From positions 1,408,001 through 1,472,000 of the forward strand of contig OZ242195.1 in the NCBI GenBank assembly GCA_965205975.1: DNA of 64,000 bases, read 5' to 3'. The translations under genes were made by a program, and so were the position numbers. Shown piece after piece: positions 44,983 through 53,966 of the stretch. This stretch comes from Candidatus Latescibacterota bacterium (lineage in GTDB: Bacteria; Latescibacterota; UBA2968). The notes beneath the pieces are model-generated. The model saw nothing but the letters and a program-made list of their open reading frames with translations, searched no databases and was not told the DNA's origin. Numbering within the stretch: the stretch's first letter is position 1; each line of letters starts with the position of its first letter.

Positions 44983-45357
44983 TTGCTTAAATTATTCGAT
45001 AGTAAGCCGTCAGTATCATCTGTCACAATCTATTCACAATGTGATGTGCCCCAACCAATTAAAACAAAATTAGAGAAAAAATTTTCTAAGTATCGTAATA
45101 TCAAAATTCTCAAGGTATATATGCCTAAAAGTGATACTTTTAGGGATCATGGTCACGACAGGCATATACGCTTTGATGACTTCAGAGCTTGCACAATAGG
45201 GATAGGTTTACCGGAGGCATTGCGAGGGGACGACTTGAAAAGAGATACTCAGTTTAGCTATAAATACGGAAAACAAATTTTTGGACTAAAAAAAGTAGAG
45301 CACAGGTTGCGAGAAGCAACTTCTCAACGTTTTCAATTTATCCTGAATAAACCATAG
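44983..45357 (+). pseudogene. AT-rich C-terminal fragment with a PLD-like (MIT_C-type) HDR motif
   Basis: HDRHIRFDD...IGIGL; no convincing start or RBS. Confidence 0.45.
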
Positions 45358-45442
45358 ATGATGTACGAAAAGTGGCGTAACTGGTACGCCTAGATTTCGT
45401 GCTAAAAGAAGAGATCCGAATCAGTTTTGAACGGAGTGTATA

Positions 45443-45691
45443 ATGATCAAAGTCAACATTGCTGAGGCAAAAACTCATTTCTCGCACTACATCGACAGCG
45501 TAGAGCAAGGAGAGACAATCGTCGTTTGTCGGCGCAACGTGCCAATAGCAGAGATTCGTCCGGTGCCACAATCTCCTGCCAAACAGCGTCCTGTAGGGAT
45601 TGACCGCGGAATGACCCTCCCTCACAGCTTTTTTGAGCCACTCCCCGATGACTTGCTCAACGCATTCCAGGGAGACAACCAGTCGGCATGA
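45443..45691 (+). CDS. Phd/YefM family antitoxin
   Basis: VNIAEAKTHFS...GETIVVCRRNVPIAEI...FFEPLPDD. Confidence 0.92.
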   Translation: MIKVNIAEAKTHFSHYIDSVEQGETIVVCRRNVPIAEIRPVPQSPAKQRPVGIDRGMTLPHSFFEPLPDDLLNAFQGDNQSA

Positions 45692-46074
45692 AGCTCCTGC
45701 TCGATACCTGTACCTTCCTCTGGCTAGCAGCAGACGCGCCAGAGTTGACACCCGTGGCGCGAACGAGTTGCCGCGACCCCGAGAACGATGTTTACCTCAG
45801 TGCGCTTTCAGCTTGGGAGATTGCGATCAAGTACCGGTTGGGTCGCTTGCCGTTGCCAGAGCCGCCAGCACGCTATGTGGTCAGCCGACGCAGGTGGCTA
45901 CAGCTCGAGCCACTCGCTTTTGACGAGGCCTGTGCCGCACACGACGCGCTCTTACCATCGCATCATTCAGATCCGTTTGACCGCGGCCTCATATCGCAGG
46001 CGGTCTTAAACAATATGATGATCGTAACGCCCGACGCAGAGATCGCTCGTTACCCTGTAACAATTTTGTGGTAG
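45688..46074 (+). CDS. vapC: VapC/PIN domain toxin
   Basis: LLLDTCTFLW, SAWEIAIK, HHSDPFDR; ATGA overlap with the antitoxin. Confidence 0.93.
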   Translation: MKLLLDTCTFLWLAADAPELTPVARTSCRDPENDVYLSALSAWEIAIKYRLGRLPLPEPPARYVVSRRRWLQLEPLAFDEACAAHDALLPSHHSDPFDRGLISQAVLNNMMIVTPDAEIARYPVTILW

Positions 46075-46101
46075 CCCATGTGGCCTCATTTGGTAAACAC
46101 T

Positions 46102-46389
46102 ATGCCTGTTTCAAAAGATGATGTAAAAAAAGTGGCGCAACTTGCGCGCTTGAACTTTGCGCCGGAAGAAGAGGCGCAACTCATCGAAGATCTGAACCGC
46201 ATGCTCGAATATGTTGCGGCACTCGATCGACTCGATACAACAGAGGTAGCCCCAACAGCGCATGTACTCCCCCTGGAAAATGCGTTTCGGGACGATGTAA
46301 TGGGGCAATCGTTGGATCGGTCAGACGCGCTGGCGAATGCCCCGCTTTCTGGGCATGGTCACTTCCGCGTTCCCAGAGTGATTGAATAA
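46102..46389 (+). CDS. gatC: Asp/Glu-tRNA amidotransferase subunit C
   Basis: VAQLARL...LDTTEVAPT...FRDD...ALANAP....FRVPRVI. Confidence 0.95.
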   Translation: MPVSKDDVKKVAQLARLNFAPEEEAQLIEDLNRMLEYVAALDRLDTTEVAPTAHVLPLENAFRDDVMGQSLDRSDALANAPLSGHGHFRVPRVIE

Positions 46390-46452
46390 GCACAGGTGTC
46401 GGCGGTAAATTCCCGCCGATTTTCTTTTGTCGAACACAGATGGAGGCACATT

Positions 46453-48234
46453 GTGAAAAAAAATGATCGCGAACCAAAATACATCGTGGTTGCCGGGGGG
46501 GTGATCAGTGGCGTGGGGAAAGGACTCGCCACGGCTTCTATCGGTAAAATTTTGCAGTACTACGGCTATAAAACCACGGCCATAAAAATTGATCCCTATT
46601 TGAATTACGATGCCGGAACACTCAGGCCTACAGAACACGGTGAGGTATGGGTCACGTATGACGGAGGCGAGATCGACCTCGATCTGGGCAACTACGAGCG
46701 GTTTCTCGGCCTGGATTTACCCCGCACGAACAATCTGACGACCGGACAAATTTACCACGCGGTTATCGAGCGCGAGCGGCGGGGCGAATATCTCGGGCAG
46801 ACCGTTCAGCCGATCCCACATATTACCGACGAGATCAGAGATCGGGTTCAGCAGGCTGCACAGGGGTCCGATATCGCGCTGGTCGAAATTGGTGGCACCA
46901 TTGGCGACGATGAGAATATCCCATTTTTCTTTGCAATGAAGGGCCTGGAGCGGGAAATTGGCGAAGCTAATATCATGTATGTGCTGGTTAGCTATTTGCC
47001 CGTCCCCGATCATATCAACGAGATGAAAACCAAACCCACGCAACACGCGGTCAAACTGCTCAGCGGGCATGGCATGGTGCCCGACTTTATTATTTGCCGC
47101 GCCACGCGACCGATTGATGAGGTGCGAAAACGCAAAATTGAGGTTTCCGCCAATATTCCAAAAGATCGCATTATTTCCGCGCCAGATTTGGATATCGTAT
47201 ATCAGGTTCCGATCCATTATGAAAGCGAGCAGGTCGGTGTTAAAATGCTCGCGCACCTGGGGCTGGAACCCAAAAAAGAACCCGATTGGACGCGGTGGAC
47301 GCAGTTGGTACAGAAGATTCGTCAGCCTTCACAGACGGTTAAAGTAGCAATGGTTGGGAAATATGTCGAGATCGGCGATTACGAATTTACCGATTCGTAT
47401 ATTTCTGTAAACCAATCTCTCGAACACGCCGGCGCTAATTTGGACACGCGCATCGATATTTCATGGATTGATTCGGCCAGCCTCGAAATGGGGAGAGGCG
47501 AAGATGTGCTTGGAGAATTTGATGGCATTATTGTGCCGGGAGCCTTTGGTGAAGGTGGGGCTGAAGGGGTGGTTGAAGCCATTCGCTATGCGCGAGAAAA
47601 CGGTCTGCCATTCCTCGGACTGTGTTATGGGCTTCAGATGGCCATTGTTGAATATGCGCGAAATGTGGTGGGGTTGAAAGATGCCAATTCAGCTGAAAAT
47701 GATCCCGATACACCCCATGCGGTGATCGATATTCAGATGAGCCAACGAGAAATTATTGAAGAAAGTCGTTTCGGCGGCACGATGCGTCTGGGGGGATATG
47801 TGGCTGTACTCCGCCGAGAGAGTGTCGTACTCGATCTGTATGAACGCACAGGGCGCCTGGAAGAAGACGCCTGGCGCATCGATCAACTGAGAAAGAATCC
47901 GGCTGAGGCTTTCCGCCTGGGTGTTCTTCTCGACAGCGAGCGCTGTGTGATTGAACGCCATCGCCATCGCTATGAAGTATCGCCCAAATTTGTCGATTTG
48001 CTCGATGAATTTGGCCTGATTTTTTCCGGATATCACCGCCGAGAGGATGGCACCAAACTCATGGAATTTATCGAGTTACCCGATCATCCTTTTTTTGTGG
48101 CTACGCAAGCCCATCCCGAATTTAAGTCGCGCCTTGAACAACCCGCCCCTTTATTTTACGGTTTTGTAGAAGCTGTTGTCGCTCACGCAAAGGCACGAGT
48201 TGGTGATACGTCGGTTTCTGAAAAAAGCGTCTGA
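46453..48234 (+). CDS. pyrG: CTP synthase (atypical type)
   Basis: GGVISGVGKG, KTKPTQH, GLCYGLQ, ERHRHRYEV, QAHPEFKSR; GGAGG RBS before GTG. Confidence 0.97.
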   Translation: MKKNDREPKYIVVAGGVISGVGKGLATASIGKILQYYGYKTTAIKIDPYLNYDAGTLRPTEHGEVWVTYDGGEIDLDLGNYERFLGLDLPRTNNLTTGQIYHAVIERERRGEYLGQTVQPIPHITDEIRDRVQQAAQGSDIALVEIGGTIGDDENIPFFFAMKGLEREIGEANIMYVLVSYLPVPDHINEMKTKPTQHAVKLLSGHGMVPDFIICRATRPIDEVRKRKIEVSANIPKDRIISAPDLDIVYQVPIHYESEQVGVKMLAHLGLEPKKEPDWTRWTQLVQKIRQPSQTVKVAMVGKYVEIGDYEFTDSYISVNQSLEHAGANLDTRIDISWIDSASLEMGRGEDVLGEFDGIIVPGAFGEGGAEGVVEAIRYARENGLPFLGLCYGLQMAIVEYARNVVGLKDANSAENDPDTPHAVIDIQMSQREIIEESRFGGTMRLGGYVAVLRRESVVLDLYERTGRLEEDAWRIDQLRKNPAEAFRLGVLLDSERCVIERHRHRYEVSPKFVDLLDEFGLIFSGYHRREDGTKLMEFIELPDHPFFVATQAHPEFKSRLEQPAPLFYGFVEAVVAHAKARVGDTSVSEKSV

Positions 48235-48739
48235 GGTTCTGTTGTGTACCCTGTGTGCCTGCACCTCTGCTGACCGGATAGAGCAAGCAGCGAATGACGC
48301 GCCGGTTAACAGGGAAATGTGGCACTGGTCCACGCACATTACAGATCGAGGCAAATCCCGGGCGCAGGTTCGCGCTGGCTCTTTTCAACAGGTGTCGGAA
48401 GATGAGCCCGCGCGGTTTTCCGATGGTGTTCGGGTTGTCTTTTTTAATGCCCAGGGCGATACGGTTTCCACACTGAGGGCTGAACGGGGTGAAATAAACG
48501 CATCGGGCGACGATATGAAAGTGTTTGAATCTGTCGTGGTGGTCGCGCGAGACGGTACGCAATTGCAAACGGATTCGCTACGTTGGCAGCGCGATGAAAA
48601 TCGCATTATGGGCGAGGGCCATGTGACAATTTCTCGGCCCGACGGTATAGAGACAGGAGTGGGTTTTAATGCATCATCGGACCTGAAACAGTGGACGCTT
48701 TTATTTGTAAATACGCGGATGAGACGCAAAAAACCGTGA
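48200..48739 (+). CDS. lptC: LPS export ABC transporter periplasmic protein LptC
   Basis: GVRVVFF....STLRAERG...LQTDSLRW...GVGF; position before lptA/lptB; exact start uncertain. Confidence 0.85.
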   Translation: MVIRRFLKKASEVLLCTLCACTSADRIEQAANDAPVNREMWHWSTHITDRGKSRAQVRAGSFQQVSEDEPARFSDGVRVVFFNAQGDTVSTLRAERGEINASGDDMKVFESVVVVARDGTQLQTDSLRWQRDENRIMGEGHVTISRPDGIETGVGFNASSDLKQWTLLFVNTRMRRKKP

Positions 48740-50049
48740 AAAATATCAGACATTATTTTTTTTTGCGATCAGAACTCCGGGGCTTTCTCGGAGTTCTGCT
48801 TATATGTATCTGCACGGAGGTATATGCCGAGCAGAAGCTCAGTGCAGATTGGGTGGAAACGCTACTTTTGAATGACCAGACGCAGCGCAATTACCGCGGA
48901 GGCGTGGTGTATGAAGACAGCTTACGCCAACTTATTGTAAAAGCCGATTCCGCACATGTGCGCGTTGGGGATGCGACCTATCTTTTTGTACATCAGGTGA
49001 GTTACAAAGACACAGTGCGAGAAATTCGTGCCGATACACTTGTATTCCAGGATCGCGAAGACATCGCGACGTTTCGGGGGCATGTCTTGCTAAGCGACGA
49101 TCAGCGCGCGCTTGAGGCGCGTATCGTGCGATTTTTGAGCAACGAAGACTCGCTCATTGCCGAGGGTGATGTCGTCCTTCTCTTGCCCGAAGGCCGCAGA
49201 CTTCGCGCTTCCCAATTGCGCTACGATTTGATCCACGAGCGCGGAAATCTACAGGGCCAGACGCAGTTACAAGTAGTGGGGGAACGCGGCGATACCCTTG
49301 AGGCGCAGTCCGATTCCATTGCCTTTGTCAATCGCGGGCAAGAACTCTTTCTCAATGGCAACCTCACCTTGCGACAGGGATACACGCGGGGAAAAGCCCT
49401 GTCTGGCGCGTACGCGGATTCTGTGATCGTCCTTTCAGGTAAGCCCCTAATGACCTGGTCCAATCCCACTAACCGCGATTCCGTTTCTGCACAGGGCGAA
49501 AAAATTCTTATTGAAATGTCTGAGCAAACCATTGGTGCGTTGGAGCTTTCGGATAGCACGCTCATCCATGCTACGGCTCTTGCCAATGGTCATTCGCAAA
49601 AAATACGCTCAGATTCTGCTCGGATTGTCTTTCGTGACGAGACCCCGCAGCACATGCACGCATGGGGAAATGTAATGCTCGACCTGAGCGAGCGAGATAC
49701 GTCGCGGGCAGTAATGTCTGGCGGTGATCTCATATTGGCCTATCGAGATGGAAAACTGGATAGTTTGACGCTGTCTGGTGGCTGCCTCGGTTCTTATATT
49801 GCCCAGGATAGCCTATCGGAAAACCGCCTGGGGGGCAAGCGGTGTGTGTTGTGGTTTTCCAATGGGGAGTTAGACCAGATGGCAATTTTCAATGAGGCAC
49901 ATTGCACGCGGATCACGAGAGATAGCGACGATGTAACGGTTTCTGGGGATTATCTCCTTTTGAAATTTGACCCCGGACGGTTGTTATCTATCCGAGCTGA
50001 GGGAGATGTACGAGGGCACTACACCGCCGAATTGGAGGATGCGCCGTGA
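48736..50049 (+). CDS. LptA/OstA-like beta-jellyroll protein (extended)
   Basis: Repeated ADS/GD.I.....G.V strands; located between lptC and lptB. Confidence 0.78.
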   Translation: MKNIRHYFFLRSELRGFLGVLLICICTEVYAEQKLSADWVETLLLNDQTQRNYRGGVVYEDSLRQLIVKADSAHVRVGDATYLFVHQVSYKDTVREIRADTLVFQDREDIATFRGHVLLSDDQRALEARIVRFLSNEDSLIAEGDVVLLLPEGRRLRASQLRYDLIHERGNLQGQTQLQVVGERGDTLEAQSDSIAFVNRGQELFLNGNLTLRQGYTRGKALSGAYADSVIVLSGKPLMTWSNPTNRDSVSAQGEKILIEMSEQTIGALELSDSTLIHATALANGHSQKIRSDSARIVFRDETPQHMHAWGNVMLDLSERDTSRAVMSGGDLILAYRDGKLDSLTLSGGCLGSYIAQDSLSENRLGGKRCVLWFSNGELDQMAIFNEAHCTRITRDSDDVTVSGDYLLLKFDPGRLLSIRAEGDVRGHYTAELEDAP

Positions 50050-50771
50050 ACCTGCGAGCCGAGGGACTGGTGAAAAAATACGCGCGCCGCCTGGTTGTCA
50101 ATCAGGTCAACTTGATTGTCAATCCCGGCGAAATTGTCGGACTCTTAGGGCCTAATGGCGCGGGAAAAACGACGTGTTTTTACCTCATTGTCGGCGCAAT
50201 TTCGTCAAATGCCGGATACATTTTTTTAGGTGATCGGGACATTACTGCATTGCCGATGTATCGCCGCGCACGGCTGGGCATAGGTTATCTGGCACAAGAA
50301 TCTACGGTTTTTAGAAAGATGACCGTGCTGGAAAATGTCCTATCCGTCCTCGAATACGAGAAAATAGGTAAGGCAGAACGATTAGACCGCGCCCAAGAGG
50401 TATTGGGAGACCTGGGAGTTGGGCATTTATCGCACCAACGCGCTGATAGTTTGTCGGGGGGGGAAACGCGCCGGCTGGAAATCGCGCGGGCACTCTCTCG
50501 AGATCCGCTCTTTATGCTACTCGACGAACCTTTTGCTGGCGTGGATCCGCGTGCAGTGGAAGATATTCAGAATATTATCGCCGAACTAAAACGCCGCAAT
50601 ATCGGAATTCTGATTACCGATCACAATGTGCGAGAAACTCTCGCAATTACAGATCGTTCCTATTTGCTTTCTGAGGGAAAGATTCTTCTCTCAGGTACAC
50701 CCCGGGCATTGGCAGCAAGCGACGAGGCGCGTCGCATTTATCTGGGCGACCGGTTTCGCCTCGATTCGTGA
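50046..50771 (+). CDS. lptB: LPS export ABC transporter ATPase
   Basis: GPNGAGKTT, LPMYRRARLGIGYL, LSGGE, DEPFAGVDP, ITDHNVRETL. Confidence 0.97.
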   Translation: MNLRAEGLVKKYARRLVVNQVNLIVNPGEIVGLLGPNGAGKTTCFYLIVGAISSNAGYIFLGDRDITALPMYRRARLGIGYLAQESTVFRKMTVLENVLSVLEYEKIGKAERLDRAQEVLGDLGVGHLSHQRADSLSGGETRRLEIARALSRDPLFMLLDEPFAGVDPRAVEDIQNIIAELKRRNIGILITDHNVRETLAITDRSYLLSEGKILLSGTPRALAASDEARRIYLGDRFRLDS

Positions 50772-50862
50772 CAAATTTGGAAAAAGGGTTTACAACCCTC
50801 TTCGTTATTTGTTATTATTTAAAGTTGCTTCTACCACTTACTGAACACTGATGAGGACAAAA

Positions 50863-51411
50863 ATGAAACATGTAACACTGGCAGAGTTAGAAGCGGGATT
50901 AGAAAATATCCGTCAGTCGCCCACAAATGCGGGCGTGTTAGAGTTGATTGTGCGCCGGCCGCAGGTTGAGGCGAGAGAGGTCCTGAAAGTTGGCGACCTC
51001 GATCTGGTTGAAGGACTCGTGGGCGACAACTGGAAAACACGCGGCAGTTCTCAAACCGCAGATGGGGCAGCCCATCCGGACATGCAACTCAATATCATGA
51101 ACGCACGCGTGATTGCTCTATTAGCACAAGAAAAAGAGCGTTGGTCACTGGCGGGAGATCAGTTGTATATGGACTTCGATTTGAGCGAGGAGAATGTACC
51201 GCCGGGCACCCGACTGAGTCTGGGGGATGCGGTGATCGAAGTTACAGATCAACCGCATACGGGCTGTAAAAAATTTGCTGCGCGTTTTGGGTTGGACGCA
51301 CTAAAGTTTATTAGTTCTCCCGTGGGCAAACAGCTTCAGTTGCGCGGGATCAATGCAAAGGTTATTCGCTCTGGCGCGATACAGATTGGCGATACTGTAA
51401 AGAAAGTGTAA
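50863..51411 (+). CDS. MOSC domain protein
   Basis: GLVGDNW, LAGDQLY, PHTGCKKFAARFG, LRGINAKV..G.I..GD. Confidence 0.9.
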   Translation: MKHVTLAELEAGLENIRQSPTNAGVLELIVRRPQVEAREVLKVGDLDLVEGLVGDNWKTRGSSQTADGAAHPDMQLNIMNARVIALLAQEKERWSLAGDQLYMDFDLSEENVPPGTRLSLGDAVIEVTDQPHTGCKKFAARFGLDALKFISSPVGKQLQLRGINAKVIRSGAIQIGDTVKKV

Positions 51412-51414
51412 TCT

Positions 51415-52905
51415 ATGATTGGTCTTGATCATACACAATCTCAGTTGCTTCAGCAGAAACTGGCCCCGCAACTCATCCAATCTTTGCGCTTGCTCCAATT
51501 GCCAACTCTGGAATTAGCGAAGTTAATTCAACAAGAATTGGAGATCAATCCTCTCCTGGAAATTGACGAAGATGTTACATTGGATTTGGAACAAGAAGAG
51601 CCCAAAGCGGAACTGGATGATGAAACCGAGAACGAAGACCAGGATGAAGAACCCGTAGAAGAATTGGAATTTGAAGACCCGGACTTAGATACACTCAATT
51701 CAGACATATTTGATGAACATGACTGGGATCACTACTTAAACGAATCCGGGTATGCCAGTCCCCGCGAAGAATTTGAATCCAATACTGAAGACTGGTACAA
51801 CGACAGGACCACTCCAAAAACGCTACGAGATTCACTTTTAGAACAGGTGACAATCGCGGATCTTTCGCCGAGTGATCGCGTCATAGCCGAATACTTAATT
51901 GGCAATATTGGCGAAGATGGGTTTTTGGGATGTTCGGCAGGAGAAGTGGCAGATGAACTTGGGGTCAATCTCGATAATGTGGAATGCGTTTTGGGGATTA
52001 TCCAGACATTTGACCCGGTAGGTGTTGGTGCGCGAAACCTTCAAGAGTGTTTGTTGATTCAATTAAAAGAAAAAAATATCACAAACGGTTTGGTTGCAAA
52101 TGTGGTACGCAATCACCTCGACGACTGGATCAACCGTCGTTTTAGCCAGATAAGTCTGGTACTTGATACAAGTGTGGATGATATGCGCGTTGTTGAGGAA
52201 GTTCTCGCATCGCTCAATCCCAAGCCCAATATTGAACCCGAACCCGCATTGAATCTCAATCATGTCATTCCCGACCTCGAAGTTCAAAATATCGGTGACG
52301 AGTACGTCGTTTCCCTGACCGATCATACCCTGCCCGAATTGCGTATTAGTCCAATGTATCGCACCTTGCTCAGACAACCGGATAAACCGGGGCGAGATGA
52401 CCCAAAATTGCGAGAGACCAAAAAATTTGTCGTTGAAAAACTCAATTCTGCGCGCTGGTTTATCAATGCAATTCACCAAAGACGCGCAACCATGCTAAAG
52501 GTCATGCGATGTATTGTCGAAAATCAGGTTCAATTTTTCGAACGAGGGCCTGGTTTTCTCAAGCCAATGGTGCTTCAAGAAGTAGCTGATAAGGTGCAGA
52601 TGCACATTTCGACTATCAGCCGCGTGAGCAATGGGAAATATGTGCAAACACCGCATGGCGTTTTTGAGTTGAAATATTTTTTTGATGGAGGATTGAGTCG
52701 ATACGATGGCGCTGATGTCTCTGCCAGAAGTGTAAAAGAAAAAATTGCAAAGCTCATTGGCGGTGAAGACGTGCAGAATCCATTGAGCGATCAACACATA
52801 GCGGCTATTCTTAAAAAAGAGGGCATTAATATCGCGCGGCGCACGGTCGCCAAATATCGAGATCAACTCAATATTAGCTCCGCGCGACTGCGGAAGGCAC
52901 TTTAG
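51415..52905 (+). CDS. rpoN: RNA polymerase sigma-54 factor
   Basis: Q/L-rich region I, DPVGVGAR.LQECL, HISTISR, RpoN box ARRTVAKYR. Confidence 0.98.
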   Translation: MIGLDHTQSQLLQQKLAPQLIQSLRLLQLPTLELAKLIQQELEINPLLEIDEDVTLDLEQEEPKAELDDETENEDQDEEPVEELEFEDPDLDTLNSDIFDEHDWDHYLNESGYASPREEFESNTEDWYNDRTTPKTLRDSLLEQVTIADLSPSDRVIAEYLIGNIGEDGFLGCSAGEVADELGVNLDNVECVLGIIQTFDPVGVGARNLQECLLIQLKEKNITNGLVANVVRNHLDDWINRRFSQISLVLDTSVDDMRVVEEVLASLNPKPNIEPEPALNLNHVIPDLEVQNIGDEYVVSLTDHTLPELRISPMYRTLLRQPDKPGRDDPKLRETKKFVVEKLNSARWFINAIHQRRATMLKVMRCIVENQVQFFERGPGFLKPMVLQEVADKVQMHISTISRVSNGKYVQTPHGVFELKYFFDGGLSRYDGADVSARSVKEKIAKLIGGEDVQNPLSDQHIAAILKKEGINIARRTVAKYRDQLNISSARLRKAL

Positions 52906-52910
52906 ACGAA

Positions 52911-53687
52911 TCAGTCTGTCTGTTGGGTACTGATTTCGTCTTCTGAGATTTTGTGTACACTTTTGGGATTAAAGGTCTGCTGGGTATTGATGCGAAGAGC
53001 AACTTCAATCCGCCCGCCAGTTAGCACAAAAAACTGAATCAGAAACCCGCCACCTTGCATGGTTTCAATCTGGTAAGAATCGGTGTCTAATCCGTCGAGC
53101 AACTGAGGAAGGGTGGTTTCAAACCGCGGGTGTTGTGCAATATCGGGAGGCAACGCCATAATCAGGGTTCCTGGTTCTTCATTGAGATAACTACCAATGC
53201 GTTGTCGCGTGTTGACCATGTGAGAAATAACCTTGCAGGCATAGTTGAAATCATCCCCGCCGTTCCGATCTGGCGGTACGATGCCCCAGGTGAGATGGTG
53301 GATAAAGGGATTGCCGTATCCCTGGCCAAGCATCTGATTGAGTGCGGGTTGGTCAACGGGGTGAACCACTGCGACATAGTGAAACCAGCCCCGTGCGAGG
53401 GCGGGATGCCCGGGGGGTAAACCCGATGGCACATTGATATAATCCTGTTCATCGACAGGGGAGGGGTAGCACTTGGTGTCCCAACCCGCAATATAACCCA
53501 TTGTTTTTAGAGGTCCCGCAACGAGATAAGGGGGATCCGTAAAGATCGCTGCGTGGTCCATGTTGGGATACAATTTGACACCGGCAGCAGAAATTTTTTC
53601 GGCGACTTGCAAGGCTTCGTCAAAGCGTTCAGATGCATTCTCTATTTGGAGAACTGTGTGAAAGTCTTCGGGTAATTTACAGTCCAT
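52911..53687 (-). CDS. Hypothetical protein, possible VOC/HPPD-like metalloenzyme
   Basis: GGAGGA RBS; DH, IHH, LIQFF and IEVALR motifs. Confidence 0.7.
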   Translation of the reverse strand: MDCKLPEDFHTVLQIENASERFDEALQVAEKISAAGVKLYPNMDHAAIFTDPPYLVAGPLKTMGYIAGWDTKCYPSPVDEQDYINVPSGLPPGHPALARGWFHYVAVVHPVDQPALNQMLGQGYGNPFIHHLTWGIVPPDRNGGDDFNYACKVISHMVNTRQRIGSYLNEEPGTLIMALPPDIAQHPRFETTLPQLLDGLDTDSYQIETMQGGGFLIQFFVLTGGRIEVALRINTQQTFNPKSVHKISEDEISTQQTD

Positions 53688-53762
53688 AGTCTTATCCTCC
53701 TGTTGGTTAGACGATGTAATCAATAACACGTTTTTTTCATATACGTCAAGCATAAATAAATC

Positions 53763-53791
53763 CCGGTCACTTTGGTGGCCGGTTTTTTTTT
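53763..53791. terminator. Terminator-like hairpin in a divergent intergenic region
   Basis: CCGGTCAC-TTTG-GTGGCCGG followed by nine T. Confidence 0.6.
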
Positions 53792-53872
53792 GAAAACTTT
53801 GATTCACCCATTGCTGAAAAATTGAACGATTCGTTCCTCAATGCTATTTGGTTATACAGACCTCCAAGAACG

Positions 53873-53885
53873 TAACTTACTGATT
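53873..53885 (-). promoter_or_regulatory. IHF binding site
   Basis: Minus strand AATCAGTAAGTTA matches WATCARNNNNTTR, about 30 bp upstream of a sigma-54 site. Confidence 0.7.
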
Positions 53886-53914
53886 TAACGCCTCTTGCGC
53901 CATTTTTAAGATTT

Positions 53915-53930
53915 TGGCACGCGATTTGCA
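53915..53930 (+). promoter_or_regulatory. Sigma-54 (-24/-12) promoter of the lamin-tail repeat gene
   Basis: TGGCACGCGATTTGCA, near-perfect consensus. Confidence 0.88.
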
Positions 53931-53966
53931 TAAGTCATGATCAAAAAAACATTACGGGAGGTCAAT

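Noticed and set aside
53688..53807. 40-aa N-terminal extension of the VOC-like ORF
   Set aside because: A strong GGAGGA RBS precedes ATG 53687 and the extension crosses a hairpin and T-run.
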